Below, in pieces: positions 13,937 to 24,562 of a DNA stretch of 64,000 bases. Origin of the DNA: Candidatus Heimdallarchaeota archaeon (GTDB lineage Archaea > Asgardarchaeota > Heimdallarchaeia > JABLTI01); NCBI GenBank assembly GCA_018238155.1, contig JABCTZ010000007.1:130896-194895 (forward strand). The letters run 5' to 3'. The notes under the pieces were generated by a model. It was not told where the DNA came from. It did no database searches and saw nothing but the letters and a program-made list of their open reading frames with translations. A program made the position numbers and the translations under genes. Numbering within the stretch: position 1 is the first letter of the stretch; the number at the start of each line of letters is the position of its first letter.

Positions 13937-13970
13937 CACCAAAAATAAAAAGAAAAATTAAATGAGTTGA

Positions 13971-15239
13971 TCACTCATTTTTACTTGGTATTTGATTGGG
14001 AATATCCTTCATTAATTCCAATTGTAATTGAAGAAGTTTTGCCCATGATTTAGCGTTTTGAACAGCACCAACATCAACAAATCCTTCAACTTGGTCAAAG
14101 ATTTGGTTTAAAATGTCAAAGATTTTCAAAATTAATAATTCACTGGACTCAGTCGGTACAGCTAACAGTTTTTCTTTGGTTTTCTGTATATTCTCCTTTA
14201 TTGCTTTAAGTTCAACACGCAATTGATCCTGTTCTTTAGGACTTACAGTAGTAAAAGCTATAGGACTTATAGAAATAGTCTGACGCATATCTTTAGAATC
14301 TGAAAAGCTTAATCGAGCAGAAAGATTCAATTTTTGTGTTTCTTCTAAAACATCTTGAGATTTAACAATACATCTCCAAGTTAACGCTGTCGCAGAATTT
14401 GGTTGTATTTCTTTGACTTTCAATTTACTAAATTCTCTTACAATTGTTACTTCTTTCTTTGGAACCATTTCCAATTCAACGTCGTAAGCAATATCTTCAC
14501 CAGTATTAGTGATTAAAACTTCTATGTCGAACCCATTATCAATGGTTACTTCTCCATCCAACTTTAATTCATAATTTAATACTGGATATTTTTGTGATGA
14601 ATTGATGAAGTTTTCTACACCAAGAACAGTTCGCTCAACATAGGCGGTAAACTCTGACAACCCACTATTAGTTAAAGCGGGAACAAGACTTGTATAAATC
14701 AACGTTTTTACATTATTCATCAGTCTTATGTCGAGCTGATTTTTTGCTAACATTAATTGTATTGGTAAATCGACTATTGCATTTGCCGCAGAATCGTGTC
14801 GTAAAGCATCAATGCGTGTTCGCACTTGCTCAACAACCTGTTGTGCCTGTTCATCTTGAGATACTAGTATGAACAAAATCGATGAAGTAGCATAACATAC
14901 ACCTGCACCAACGGGTTGTTTCCAGACAATGTATTCATCACCTGCAACAACTAGATCTTGTGCAGCAAGAGAAATAGCTTGAGCGGCTTCATTTTCAATG
15001 CCTAATTTTGCAAAAATATCTGCTGCGTGCACTAAAGCTTTTGCGGAATTTTTATGGGTTTTACCATCACGCAATGCTTGGGACCATTCCAGAAAGAGCT
15101 TTGCAGCATCCATCCAAGCTTCTTTAGCTTTTTCTTGATCGTTTGTTCCTTCATAGTACGTGGCCACTTGTTCAGCCTTCGCTACTGCACTCGTATAATC
15201 TTTTTCATTAACAGCTGCTCGTAATTCTTCTCGTAGCAT
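13971..15239 (-). CDS. TPR/SNAP-like helical repeat + Ig-like (CARDB-type) domain + coiled coil
   Basis: Ala-rich helical repeats (AWMDAAKLF, ALVHAADIF, AGVCYATS), then VLITNTGEDIAYDVEL beta-sandwich motif. Confidence 0.5.
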   Translation of the reverse strand: MLREELRAAVNEKDYTSAVAKAEQVATYYEGTNDQEKAKEAWMDAAKLFLEWSQALRDGKTHKNSAKALVHAADIFAKLGIENEAAQAISLAAQDLVVAGDEYIVWKQPVGAGVCYATSSILFILVSQDEQAQQVVEQVRTRIDALRHDSAANAIVDLPIQLMLAKNQLDIRLMNNVKTLIYTSLVPALTNSGLSEFTAYVERTVLGVENFINSSQKYPVLNYELKLDGEVTIDNGFDIEVLITNTGEDIAYDVELEMVPKKEVTIVREFSKLKVKEIQPNSATALTWRCIVKSQDVLEETQKLNLSARLSFSDSKDMRQTISISPIAFTTVSPKEQDQLRVELKAIKENIQKTKEKLLAVPTESSELLILKIFDILNQIFDQVEGFVDVGAVQNAKSWAKLLQLQLELMKDIPNQIPSKNE

Positions 15240-15489
15240 TCTTTCATTCTCGCCGGACAGTATTGTTGCCTCCTCAAACGAAAATATGAATTAACCATCA
15301 TTAATTCGATTAATGATGAAAATTGTTCGCTTCTAGTATTTAATGAGAATATCCCTTTTTATGAATTATGTTAGCTAACTTCCATTTCATAAATCTATTT
15401 TTATCAAATTACATGTATATAATGGTCCTCTCACAAGAAAACAAAATTAAACAAGTAATCTGCAATAACAAAATCTACAAATCTGTTTA

Positions 15490-15906
15490 TTGATAAAAAG
15501 TATTATTTTCTATTCTCAAGTTGTTTATCTTTTTGTTTATTTTTCCTCCCCATTTGCTTTAAATAAAAGTATTGAGGAGAATAGCTTAACTATTAGATAT
15601 ATAGTGAATAAATTTTTGAAAATTACAGAAATTGTTACATACGTAAAGGAAGAGCTTAAAGAAAAATACAATCTTGACTTTCAAGTAGAAGAAAAATATG
15701 GAGATGGAAAAACCTTTGGAATAGAAGTTGCTTTTCCAGTAAAATTATTAGAATTAATTAAATCAAAAAACAGTTATTTTATTACCGGTGATGATGTTTT
15801 TAATTTACTCTGTAAACATGGATTTACAAGTGAACTATATCTGATAAATACAACATCTGACTTTCTATACTTGATTTTTAGTAATGAAAAAAAAGGTAAA
15901 AAATGA
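15490..15906 (+). CDS. Hypothetical protein (start uncertain, possibly later)
   Basis: Only ORF in the interval; no recognised motif. Confidence 0.4.
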   Translation: MIKSIIFYSQVVYLFVYFSSPFALNKSIEENSLTIRYIVNKFLKITEIVTYVKEELKEKYNLDFQVEEKYGDGKTFGIEVAFPVKLLELIKSKNSYFITGDDVFNLLCKHGFTSELYLINTTSDFLYLIFSNEKKGKK

Positions 15907-15940
15907 GTAAAAGATGATTAAGAGGATTTCTGCTTACTAT

Positions 15941-16318
15941 TTACCGAAGATACGATGCTATTTCATTAGCAATTTCTTCACGTAATCTAGCAACATCACG
16001 AATTTCTAATTCTTCTGCTTGTTTTATTGTTTCCTTTAATTGAACAACACCACCAATAGTTGCTATAGAATCAAAAGATAGTTGAAACTCTACATCTAAT
16101 CCCTTAATAATAACATTAACTTTAGTAGGTGGAAAAGTTATTTTTACATTTCTTATTACACCGATTTTACGAGCAGAAGAATCAATGACTTCCTTGCCAA
16201 TTAATTGACCTGGAATACTTAGTTCATATAGCTCTGCCATTATGCTAGCTGTTTCAGCTGTTTTATTATTCTTTTTAGGCATTTTAATCCTCCATACGCA
16301 ATTTTGATACTCGCTCAA
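15941..16318 (-). CDS. PRC-barrel domain protein
   Basis: LIGKEVIDSSARKIGVIRNV ... IATIGGVVQLK pattern. Confidence 0.75.
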   Translation of the reverse strand: MSEYQNCVWRIKMPKKNNKTAETASIMAELYELSIPGQLIGKEVIDSSARKIGVIRNVKITFPPTKVNVIIKGLDVEFQLSFDSIATIGGVVQLKETIKQAEELEIRDVARLREEIANEIASYLR

Positions 16319-16423
16319 ATCATTTCTGCTTTCTCAATAAAAAGAGTTTTAGAACTAGTTAATAAAGTATTTTGTTATAGAGATGACACTTATTTAAAGA
16401 AAAAAGAGGAAAGTAAATGGAAG

Positions 16424-18364
16424 CTAAGATTGAAATTCTTGAGCTTTCATTTGTGAAAAGACTTTTTGATTTGTTAAATCAAAGAAGAGTTTGAATAATT
16501 TTGGATTGGTAGTAACAAAAGCAATATTTTTCTCAGGGTGTATTTTTGGTGCATAAAGAATTTCTTCATTATCTTTAATTGCAATCCAATAGTCCATTCC
16601 TTTGTAATTCATTGTGTTAACATTTCCTCTTTTAACTAAAGAAGTCAGTAAGCTTACATCTTCTTCTTTAATTTTAGAAACAAGCTGATAGTTTGTTATC
16701 TGTGGTTGTTTCTCAATTTCATAGAGGAAATCCGTGAGTATTTCAGGTGTGATAATAGTAATTTCTTCTTTTGCGCGTAATAACATATCTTTCATAGCTC
16801 GAACTATACACTCATTCCCGTAAATTAGACTAATTTCGAGATCTGCAAGAGGCATAACTTTCTCAGACATATTGACAATACCATCAAAGGTCTTTCCAGA
16901 ATCATCAAGGAGAAAAATAGTATTTCCAAGAGTATTATCTAATTTTGTTCCTGCTTCTTCCATGATTGTTGTCGTTGTATTAATTTTCTCTGAGTTTTCG
17001 TTGATAACATTCTTAATTAAATTTTGAATGATGTCTTCTGTGTCTATTCTTGAAAGTGATATTATATCTTTGATCTCCAGCTTGCTTAGGTCAGTTTTTT
17101 CTTCAATTTTTGCAAGTCTATCTGTAATCGAAGCACGAGCAATTTCATCTTGTTTATGTGCTTGTTTGGTTATATTTTCCTTAAATTGAGAAATGTCTTG
17201 AGTAATGTCACCTTTCATTTTCTCAAGTTCTTTGAAGGGCTCAGTAATTTTTTGGTCAATAAATTTAGCTGACTCGTCTCTACTCTCTTCAAGATGAACA
17301 GTAACTACTTCCAAAACATCAGGAACAGTAGATTCAACAGTAGTATTTACATATCGAATAAATTTGGTTACTTCTTCTGAATGCTCTTCTAGGAGAGTTC
17401 CTAAAGTAGTTTTAACTTCACTTTGTAGAAAATCAAATTGCCTAAATAATGGACCAAGTGAGTTGTTTATCATTTGAGAAGTATGGCTGCCAATATCGCC
17501 TTCCATATCACGTGCGAGAATAACTACATTCTTGATTAGTTCACTGATAATTTGAGCAGCGTTTTCCCTAGCAGTGATGTCTTTCTCATCAAGATTAGCA
17601 CTATAGCTAGATGTTGTTGTGAAATTTTGTTTAACTATATTATCACGAAGTTCAGTCAGAGAATCTTCAATATCCCTTTTTAATTTCTCAAGCCTTTCTG
17701 CAACAAGGATTTTATGGTGAATAGTTGATTTCTCTAATTTATCTCGAATCTCTCTGGAATCAATAACAAGCGAGTCTGCGTATTTGGAAATTGCACCAAC
17801 AAAATCATCCTTACTTGTTTCTAAATCTTTATCAAAAGCAGGTATTGTTTTTGCTATGCTATCTGAGGGCCATGCACTAAGGGTTACTCCCAAATGGTTC
17901 AATTGTTGAAAATTGTTATCAACCATTTGATTCAAACTGTGTTCCAAGCGGTCAAATTTCTTTGCTAACTCATCAGTCCGAGTATTTTTTTCCAGTTCAC
18001 AAAAATCGGCTAATTGAGGGACAACAGTTTTGATTTTAGTATTGAACTCATTTACTTGAACATGAAAATTATCCTTAATACTTATCAGTCCTAGTTTAAC
18101 TTCAGAACTTAGCTGTGCATAATCTTTCAAGAAGGGTTCCATAGCAATGTAACGGGGGACTCTACCTGGAAGTTTTTTGATATAACTGATCTCCTCTAAT
18201 TGCTTAATTTGAATATAAATTTCGGGAAGTTCCATTTTAATAGCTAAGTTGATTTCTCCAATAGTAGCATTACCAAGACCCAATACAGTAGAATAAACTA
18301 GAATCTCAGATTCGCTTAAACCACGAGCACGTAAGTAATCAGAACTAACTTCTTTCAGTGACAC
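16424..18364 (-). CDS. TrmB-family regulator with a long central helical/coiled-coil insert
   Basis: N-terminal GLSESEILVYSTVL...PRYIAMEP TrmB HTH; C-terminal PLD-like effector domain (AKEEITIITP, IAIKDNEEIL). Confidence 0.75.
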   Translation of the reverse strand: MSLKEVSSDYLRARGLSESEILVYSTVLGLGNATIGEINLAIKMELPEIYIQIKQLEEISYIKKLPGRVPRYIAMEPFLKDYAQLSSEVKLGLISIKDNFHVQVNEFNTKIKTVVPQLADFCELEKNTRTDELAKKFDRLEHSLNQMVDNNFQQLNHLGVTLSAWPSDSIAKTIPAFDKDLETSKDDFVGAISKYADSLVIDSREIRDKLEKSTIHHKILVAERLEKLKRDIEDSLTELRDNIVKQNFTTTSSYSANLDEKDITARENAAQIISELIKNVVILARDMEGDIGSHTSQMINNSLGPLFRQFDFLQSEVKTTLGTLLEEHSEEVTKFIRYVNTTVESTVPDVLEVVTVHLEESRDESAKFIDQKITEPFKELEKMKGDITQDISQFKENITKQAHKQDEIARASITDRLAKIEEKTDLSKLEIKDIISLSRIDTEDIIQNLIKNVINENSEKINTTTTIMEEAGTKLDNTLGNTIFLLDDSGKTFDGIVNMSEKVMPLADLEISLIYGNECIVRAMKDMLLRAKEEITIITPEILTDFLYEIEKQPQITNYQLVSKIKEEDVSLLTSLVKRGNVNTMNYKGMDYWIAIKDNEEILYAPKIHPEKNIAFVTTNPKLFKLFFDLTNQKVFSQMKAQEFQS

Positions 18365-18446
18365 TTTTTTTTCCTCAATAGGATTTAGGATAAGTATATC
18401 AAAATCATTTCGGTAGGGGACAAGCGAAAATGAAGAACATTAAGAT

Positions 18447-18480
18447 AAAAAAAAGAGAGGTCAGAGAAAATCCGACCTCT
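18447..18480 (-). terminator. Hairpin plus U-tract terminator of the large surface-protein gene
   Basis: Minus strand AGAGGTCGGA-TTTTC-TCTGACCTCT followed by C and a T run, 30 nt after the stop codon. Confidence 0.6.
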
Positions 18481-18510
18481 ACATCATTTGAGGGGAGATA
18501 CTTAAGTAAT

Positions 18511-21500
18511 CTAATGTTTTTTTCCGTTTGCACGGAAATAGATAAGCACTGCTACACCTGTGATAGCGATAAGCCCTACACCTATATAGATGAAGTTGAG
18601 CCAACCTAAATTATTATCTCCAAATGATTGTATCGAAAATGACAAACTATTGGAATAGGAACCCCAACTATTTGTAGATGAACTACTAAAGTCATTCATG
18701 GAAAGATCTCTGATGATGTCACTAGATTCGCTCGTAGTATAGAGAACGCCAAGCATTGATTCTCCTGTTTCATTTGTTGGTGCAGTAGAATCGTCATTTA
18801 TTCCATTTCTAGATGTCATATTGTATTTACTATTGTAACGAATCTCTGCAGATGGGATGTAAATTTCTCCAGAATCTTTGACTAAGAGATTTACTTCAAT
18901 TACCATTGTTTCATTTACACCAAGTGTAATGCCAACCGCTTCGTTAGAATTATAAAATCTTGCAATTCTACCAACAGTCATACCAATTTGAGGATTAATC
19001 CAATCCTTGACGTAAGAGGAGACTTCAACACCTTCAACAGCAACACTATCTGTATCTGCAACGAATCCTAAGTTTCCAGGAATTCTCTGAATATAGATGA
19101 TATTAGTTGGTTCATTACCAATATTGGTAATTGTTGTTCTAAGAGTTATTTCATCTCCAACTTTTGTGTTATTTGTTAGACCAATAAGTTCAGTAGTAAC
19201 TTCAACTTCTGGAGTCGGATATAATGGATCAGTTGAGCCATCTTTTCCAGGTGGTGGTAAAACAAATCCAAAATCCATGGAACTAATAACATATTTATGT
19301 CTCGTAGTGTTGAATATTGGGTGAGAATAAATTAGTGTTTCAATTTCTGCAATTGATTCATTTGACATTCCACGAGTAAGGAACTCTGGTAAAGGTTGAT
19401 AAACATCTCTTGGGTCTGTACCTGTTTCATTACTTGTATAGCCAAATACTGCAAACACTGGTTGTAATCCAAAATAACCTTGAGCTGTAAAGGTGAATTC
19501 AATTGAGACAGTTTCACCGGCTTTAACTAATGGAAAAGTTCCATATGAGTCTTGAACTAGATGAATCTCCTCTAATTCTAAGTCACTAGTAATAAGTGCT
19601 TGATAGAATCGATAATCTATATCAATTGCATCTGCATTGCCAATATTTTCTAGCTCTAAAGTGAAAGTTAGGTTATCACCAAATTGATAAACGTCTTTGT
19701 CTAAACTGACTTTACCAACTAATACAGCTTCATCATCATAGAGTTGTATTACTAAACCATTTGTTAATCCCATGAATTCTGTACCATCTTCTTCATAATA
19801 GACGAAAGGTGATCCTACAACATCCTGAGGGAACAAATTGGTCCAAGTAACTTGGTCTTCAGGAATATGCAATGTTGAACCTCCCATTCTAAGCATTAGT
19901 GTGAAATATTCCTCCCAATCTACTTGCTCTTGTATGAAAATAGTAGCATTAGTTGTTATTCCATCGTCATAATTGTAATAATTGAAAGTACCTGTTGGTA
20001 TATCTCTTACAGCAAAGCTCTTGGTTACATTCTCTCCAGGCGCTAATTCGTCTATAATTGTTGTCAATGTGAAATGGTCTGGAACACCCGTGATATTTGT
20101 TACATCAAAATCACCATTATCAAGCTGTAAGAACGTTTGATCTACATGAGCTAAATCAATTAAATCATCTATACCTTCATCAGGATGATATTCACCTGCT
20201 CCTAACCAAGTGCCAGAAGTGCCATTAAAGAACCAGCCTTCAATTGTATAGATATCTGAACCTGTAATCATTGTATCAGAAATATATCCATCTGTTAAAT
20301 TATAATAAATGATTTTGTTTTCATCAAAGTTTAATTCTTGGTTTTCTACGGGAGCTGAATATCCTGTCAATTCCTCATATGCAAAATCTCCATAAGATAG
20401 AGTTATATTATATGCTGTTTCAACAGCATCAACATTTTCCCAAGTGAAAACATACTCGATATCTTGAGAACCATTAATTGGTAAACTTGAGTTTAATGAC
20501 AATTCGCCAATAACTTGTGGGTATGAACGCTTGTCGGATAAATTAAGATCATAAGATACAAAAATATCCTCATAATTAAAATCTATACCGAAATCAATGA
20601 ATTTTACAAGCCAGAAATATATCCCTCGGTTCTCGTTATATGGCTGATTTGTAATTGGATTAACATCTAACATATCAACAATATAGGGCAAGTTCAATCT
20701 GACTAAACTAGCCCAAGCATTAGATGCTCCAGTAATACTGGTTAAATCTGGCATGGTGTTAAGCAAGCTGAAATCCATAATCGTGCCATCTTTCTCTAAT
20801 CCATCGGGATTGACCCAAGCACATTGAAGAACTGGAACTAAACCCAAATCAATGTGCATAGCATCCAAAAACTTGGCCTTTATTAATGTGATAGCCATGG
20901 CTTTAACAGGAGCCTCATTTAAAACACTTGTAGTAATTCCTTCGCCAAATCCCTCATCTGATATATAACTTGCATAGACATCAGTAAATGAATCAAGATA
21001 ACTTTCTGATATTATACTCTGATAAACAAGAGTAGATACTCCATCATATCCATTCCATTTACCATATATTAGTGTAAATGAGAGATTATAGCTTGTTTCT
21101 ATCATTGAAGCAATAGCATTCCCTTGAGTGAGGCATTCGCTTGTGGTCAAACCTTGGAAGGTTAATGATAATGTTGCTCCATCTCCAATATCCCAGAATC
21201 TTCTCTGAGAATATTCTCTCCAAGATATTTGATTTGCAACAATAAAATTCAAAGCTTCTAAATTGTCATATGATGTAACATCAAAAGGCAACTCTACAGT
21301 TCCTCCAAAAAATCCTACATGAGCACCAATAGCTGTATCCTTTAGTGGATGTATATCAATCTGTTCAAAATATCTGCTTCCTGTATATTCCGCTTCAGCT
21401 AATTGTACATTACTTTCATTTAATGAATTACCTTTAAGCTGTGCTGTCGAAATAGACATGGCAATAAATAGAAGTGTGATTACTATTACCATTGATCCTT

Positions 21501-21522
21501 TGATTATTCTATTTTTTGTCAT
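18511..21522 (-). CDS. Large secreted, membrane-anchored cell-surface glycoprotein with Ig-like (CARDB/DUF11-type) domains
   Basis: N-terminal signal, repeated ENIGN/TNIGN motifs, many N-x-S/T sequons, Ser/Thr linker, C-terminal TM with basic tail. Confidence 0.7.
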   Translation of the reverse strand: MTKNRIIKGSMVIVITLLFIAMSISTAQLKGNSLNESNVQLAEAEYTGSRYFEQIDIHPLKDTAIGAHVGFFGGTVELPFDVTSYDNLEALNFIVANQISWREYSQRRFWDIGDGATLSLTFQGLTTSECLTQGNAIASMIETSYNLSFTLIYGKWNGYDGVSTLVYQSIISESYLDSFTDVYASYISDEGFGEGITTSVLNEAPVKAMAITLIKAKFLDAMHIDLGLVPVLQCAWVNPDGLEKDGTIMDFSLLNTMPDLTSITGASNAWASLVRLNLPYIVDMLDVNPITNQPYNENRGIYFWLVKFIDFGIDFNYEDIFVSYDLNLSDKRSYPQVIGELSLNSSLPINGSQDIEYVFTWENVDAVETAYNITLSYGDFAYEELTGYSAPVENQELNFDENKIIYYNLTDGYISDTMITGSDIYTIEGWFFNGTSGTWLGAGEYHPDEGIDDLIDLAHVDQTFLQLDNGDFDVTNITGVPDHFTLTTIIDELAPGENVTKSFAVRDIPTGTFNYYNYDDGITTNATIFIQEQVDWEEYFTLMLRMGGSTLHIPEDQVTWTNLFPQDVVGSPFVYYEEDGTEFMGLTNGLVIQLYDDEAVLVGKVSLDKDVYQFGDNLTFTLELENIGNADAIDIDYRFYQALITSDLELEEIHLVQDSYGTFPLVKAGETVSIEFTFTAQGYFGLQPVFAVFGYTSNETGTDPRDVYQPLPEFLTRGMSNESIAEIETLIYSHPIFNTTRHKYVISSMDFGFVLPPPGKDGSTDPLYPTPEVEVTTELIGLTNNTKVGDEITLRTTITNIGNEPTNIIYIQRIPGNLGFVADTDSVAVEGVEVSSYVKDWINPQIGMTVGRIARFYNSNEAVGITLGVNETMVIEVNLLVKDSGEIYIPSAEIRYNSKYNMTSRNGINDDSTAPTNETGESMLGVLYTTSESSDIIRDLSMNDFSSSSTNSWGSYSNSLSFSIQSFGDNNLGWLNFIYIGVGLIAITGVAVLIYFRANGKKH

Positions 21523-21766
21523 TTTTAGTTTTCATCTCTCTTAAATTATTGCCTTCATCATGTTGTTCCTGAGAATCTCATGATTAAGGGCATTTTATTA
21601 GATGAACATCTTACTATATAAGCATTCATTTAAAGAAAAGTTGAATTTGGAGTTCAAGAAAAGTTGAACTACGGAAAACGTGTTTTTTATAACAAAAACA
21701 AAATCTTAGATAGTATTAAAATTGTTATCAAATAAAAATGCTTTAGTTTGGTGTCTGTGATTAAAA

Positions 21767-23158
21767 ATGATGGATAAAACCCAGAAGATATTGGAAAAAT
21801 TTAGTTTTAAGAAGGGGGATTTCGCAGATATTAGAATTGAGAAAGGGAAAGGAATTTCAATTGCTATACAAAACGGAAGACCAGAGCAAATTAGTTATGA
21901 TCATGATATTGGCGTGGGTGTTCGAGCATTAATTGATGGAGGGTGGGGTTTTGTTTCAATGGTTGGAACTAAGTCAGATGAAATTGAAGCAGCATTATAT
22001 AAAGCAATTAAAATCGCTAAAGCAGTTGCAACAAAAACTAAAGAAAAAGGCATGATTACTGAGGATTATGTTGTAGAGGGCTCATATAAAGTAAAATACA
22101 AAAATGATCCTAGAGATATTCCATTGGAACAAAAGTATGAAATCATAGAGGAATTTGAAAAAACAACAAGAACCTTCTCAGATAAAATTGTCTCTACTAA
22201 TGCTTCAATAAAGAATTGGTTTCAGAAGGAAATCATTGTTAATTCTCTAGGCACAAAAGTTTACACAGAATATGGAAACTTGAACATATTATGTATGGCT
22301 ACAGCACGCCAAGGGGATACAATGCAAAATGTTTACCTCTCAAAAGGAACCACTTTTGGTTGGGATGAAATTGAGAAATTTAACACTACACAAAAAGGTG
22401 TTGAATTAGCTGAACGCGCTGTCATGCTGCTTAATGCACAAAAACCACCAAGTGGAAAAATGGATATTGTAATGGATCCTTCTCTTGTAGGAGTATATGT
22501 TCACGAATCATTTGGGCATGCTGAAGAAGCAGATAGTATACTCGCTGATGATTCTATTCTCAAAGGAAAAATGGGTGAACAATTAGGTTCAGAGAAAATA
22601 GATATCTATGATGATCCTACTATTCCTGGTTTACGTGGTAGTTACTGTTATGATTCTGAGGGAACAAAGACAAGTAAAAGGCAACTAGTAAAAGAGGGAA
22701 TACAAATCGGTTATCTTCATTCATTAGAAACTGCAGCAAAAATGGGTACTAAACCAAATGGTGCTGCAAGAGCAATGAACTTTAATCATCGTCCTGTTGT
22801 AAGAATGGGAAACACCTACATCGATGCAGGTGACCATACATTAGAAGAATTACTTGAAACAATCAAAAATGGCGTTTATCTTGAGAATTCATATGGTGGA
22901 TATGTTGATACCGCAAAAGGAGAATTCTATTTCTCTGCTCAAGGAGGTCATCTCATTGAGAATGGTGAGCTTGGTGCAGCGATACAAAATGTAAGTATGA
23001 GCGGTCTTTGTCTAGAGGTATTAGAACGCACCATTGCTCTTGGAAAGAATCTCGAATTTGCTTTTCCAGGTAGTTGTGGAAAGGCTTCTCAATGGGTTCC
23101 TGTTCATGCTGGAGGTCCACCTTTAGCTGTTAAACAAATTGTTGTTGGAGGTCTCTAG
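21767..23158 (+). CDS. tldD: TldD metalloprotease subunit
   Basis: HESFGHAEEAD motif, C-terminal CGK...VP...GGP. Confidence 0.92.
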   Translation: MMDKTQKILEKFSFKKGDFADIRIEKGKGISIAIQNGRPEQISYDHDIGVGVRALIDGGWGFVSMVGTKSDEIEAALYKAIKIAKAVATKTKEKGMITEDYVVEGSYKVKYKNDPRDIPLEQKYEIIEEFEKTTRTFSDKIVSTNASIKNWFQKEIIVNSLGTKVYTEYGNLNILCMATARQGDTMQNVYLSKGTTFGWDEIEKFNTTQKGVELAERAVMLLNAQKPPSGKMDIVMDPSLVGVYVHESFGHAEEADSILADDSILKGKMGEQLGSEKIDIYDDPTIPGLRGSYCYDSEGTKTSKRQLVKEGIQIGYLHSLETAAKMGTKPNGAARAMNFNHRPVVRMGNTYIDAGDHTLEELLETIKNGVYLENSYGGYVDTAKGEFYFSAQGGHLIENGELGAAIQNVSMSGLCLEVLERTIALGKNLEFAFPGSCGKASQWVPVHAGGPPLAVKQIVVGGL

Positions 23159-23161
23159 TAA

Positions 23162-24493
23162 ATGAATGATTTATTTGAAAAAGGTATAAAATATGGCATT
23201 AAGAAGGGTGCAGATCAAGTTGAGATTTTTGTTCTTGAAGGAGCTTCAGATATCGTTCAATTAGAGAAGAATGCAATCTTTGCCTCTGAAAGTAAAACTA
23301 TTACCGGATTTGGCGTTAGAGCTTACACAAAAAAGGGTTTGGGCATTGCTACCACATCATTGCTTGATAAAGATTCAATAAAAGATTCTGTGAGTAAGGC
23401 AGTGAAATTAAGCAAGCTATCACCACCAGATGATTTATTCTCATCATTACCAGGTCCCTTTACAAAATATCCAAATGTGAGAGGGTTAGAGGATAAGGCT
23501 ATCAGTGAATTGCCCACAGAAAATTTAACAGAAATGGCTATTGAAGCAATAGATTCTGCAATAGAAAAAGATGATGTAATTGTTAGTGGGAATTTCAAGC
23601 GAGTTGGTGTAACTGAATCTATTTTCAATAGTTTAGGTATTGAGATTTCTCAAACACTGAGTTCCTTAACAGGAGTTATTTTTGCTAAAGCTGAAAGAAA
23701 TGGTGATATTGCGACATCTTGGGATTTTCAAAAAGTTCGAGTAAAAACTGATTTCAAACCAAAACAAATTGGAAAGATAGCTGCAAAAAATGCCATTTCT
23801 TTACTAGGCTCAAAGAAAATCACGAGCGATGAATTACCGGTAATTCTTGATCATAGAAGCACTTTGGATACCTTTTCTTCAATTGTTGCTGCGGGTTTAG
23901 ATGCTTATGAAGTAATTCTTGGTACTGCTTACTTTAAAGATCGTTTAGGAGAAAAAATCACTTCAGAAGAAATAACGATTAAGGATAATCCGCTTTATGA
24001 AGGCGGAGTTGGTTCTGCAATTTTTGATGATGAGGGGGTACCTCATCAGGAATTAACCCTAATTGATAAAGGAGTTGCCAAAGCTTATTTCTCAAATTCC
24101 TATTGCGCAAATGTATTAGGGGTTGATAATACAGCAAACGCACAAAAAAGTAGCCTTGGTAGTAAACCACATCCGGATTTGACCCAAGTGCAAATTGAAG
24201 CAGGTAATTGGTCTCTTGAGGAAATGATTGCTGAAACTAAAAAAGGTATATATCTCAAAGATAGTGCGCTAGGACCATCAGCAGGTTCACCGAATATTTC
24301 TGTTTTAATTGATCAAGGATTTTTAATCGAAAATGGTGAAATCTCTTATCCTCTGAAAGAGACTATGGTTGGTACAACAATTTTTGAATTGTTCAAAAGT
24401 GTAGTGGGAGTATCAAAGAGTTTGATAAATGAATCTGGTTCAATTTCACCCGCAGTAAAAATTAGCAAAGCCTCTATTGCAGGGGGAAAATAA
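23162..24493 (+). CDS. pmbA: PmbA/TldE subunit
   Basis: FDDEGVP, LIENGEI, no HExxxH; directly after tldD. Confidence 0.88.
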   Translation: MNDLFEKGIKYGIKKGADQVEIFVLEGASDIVQLEKNAIFASESKTITGFGVRAYTKKGLGIATTSLLDKDSIKDSVSKAVKLSKLSPPDDLFSSLPGPFTKYPNVRGLEDKAISELPTENLTEMAIEAIDSAIEKDDVIVSGNFKRVGVTESIFNSLGIEISQTLSSLTGVIFAKAERNGDIATSWDFQKVRVKTDFKPKQIGKIAAKNAISLLGSKKITSDELPVILDHRSTLDTFSSIVAAGLDAYEVILGTAYFKDRLGEKITSEEITIKDNPLYEGGVGSAIFDDEGVPHQELTLIDKGVAKAYFSNSYCANVLGVDNTANAQKSSLGSKPHPDLTQVQIEAGNWSLEEMIAETKKGIYLKDSALGPSAGSPNISVLIDQGFLIENGEISYPLKETMVGTTIFELFKSVVGVSKSLINESGSISPAVKISKASIAGGK

Positions 24494-24562
24494 TTTTTCT
24501 TTAGGAAAGTTTTTGTTATCAATAGATTATTTTTTCATAGTAATAGATAAAGATCAATAAAA

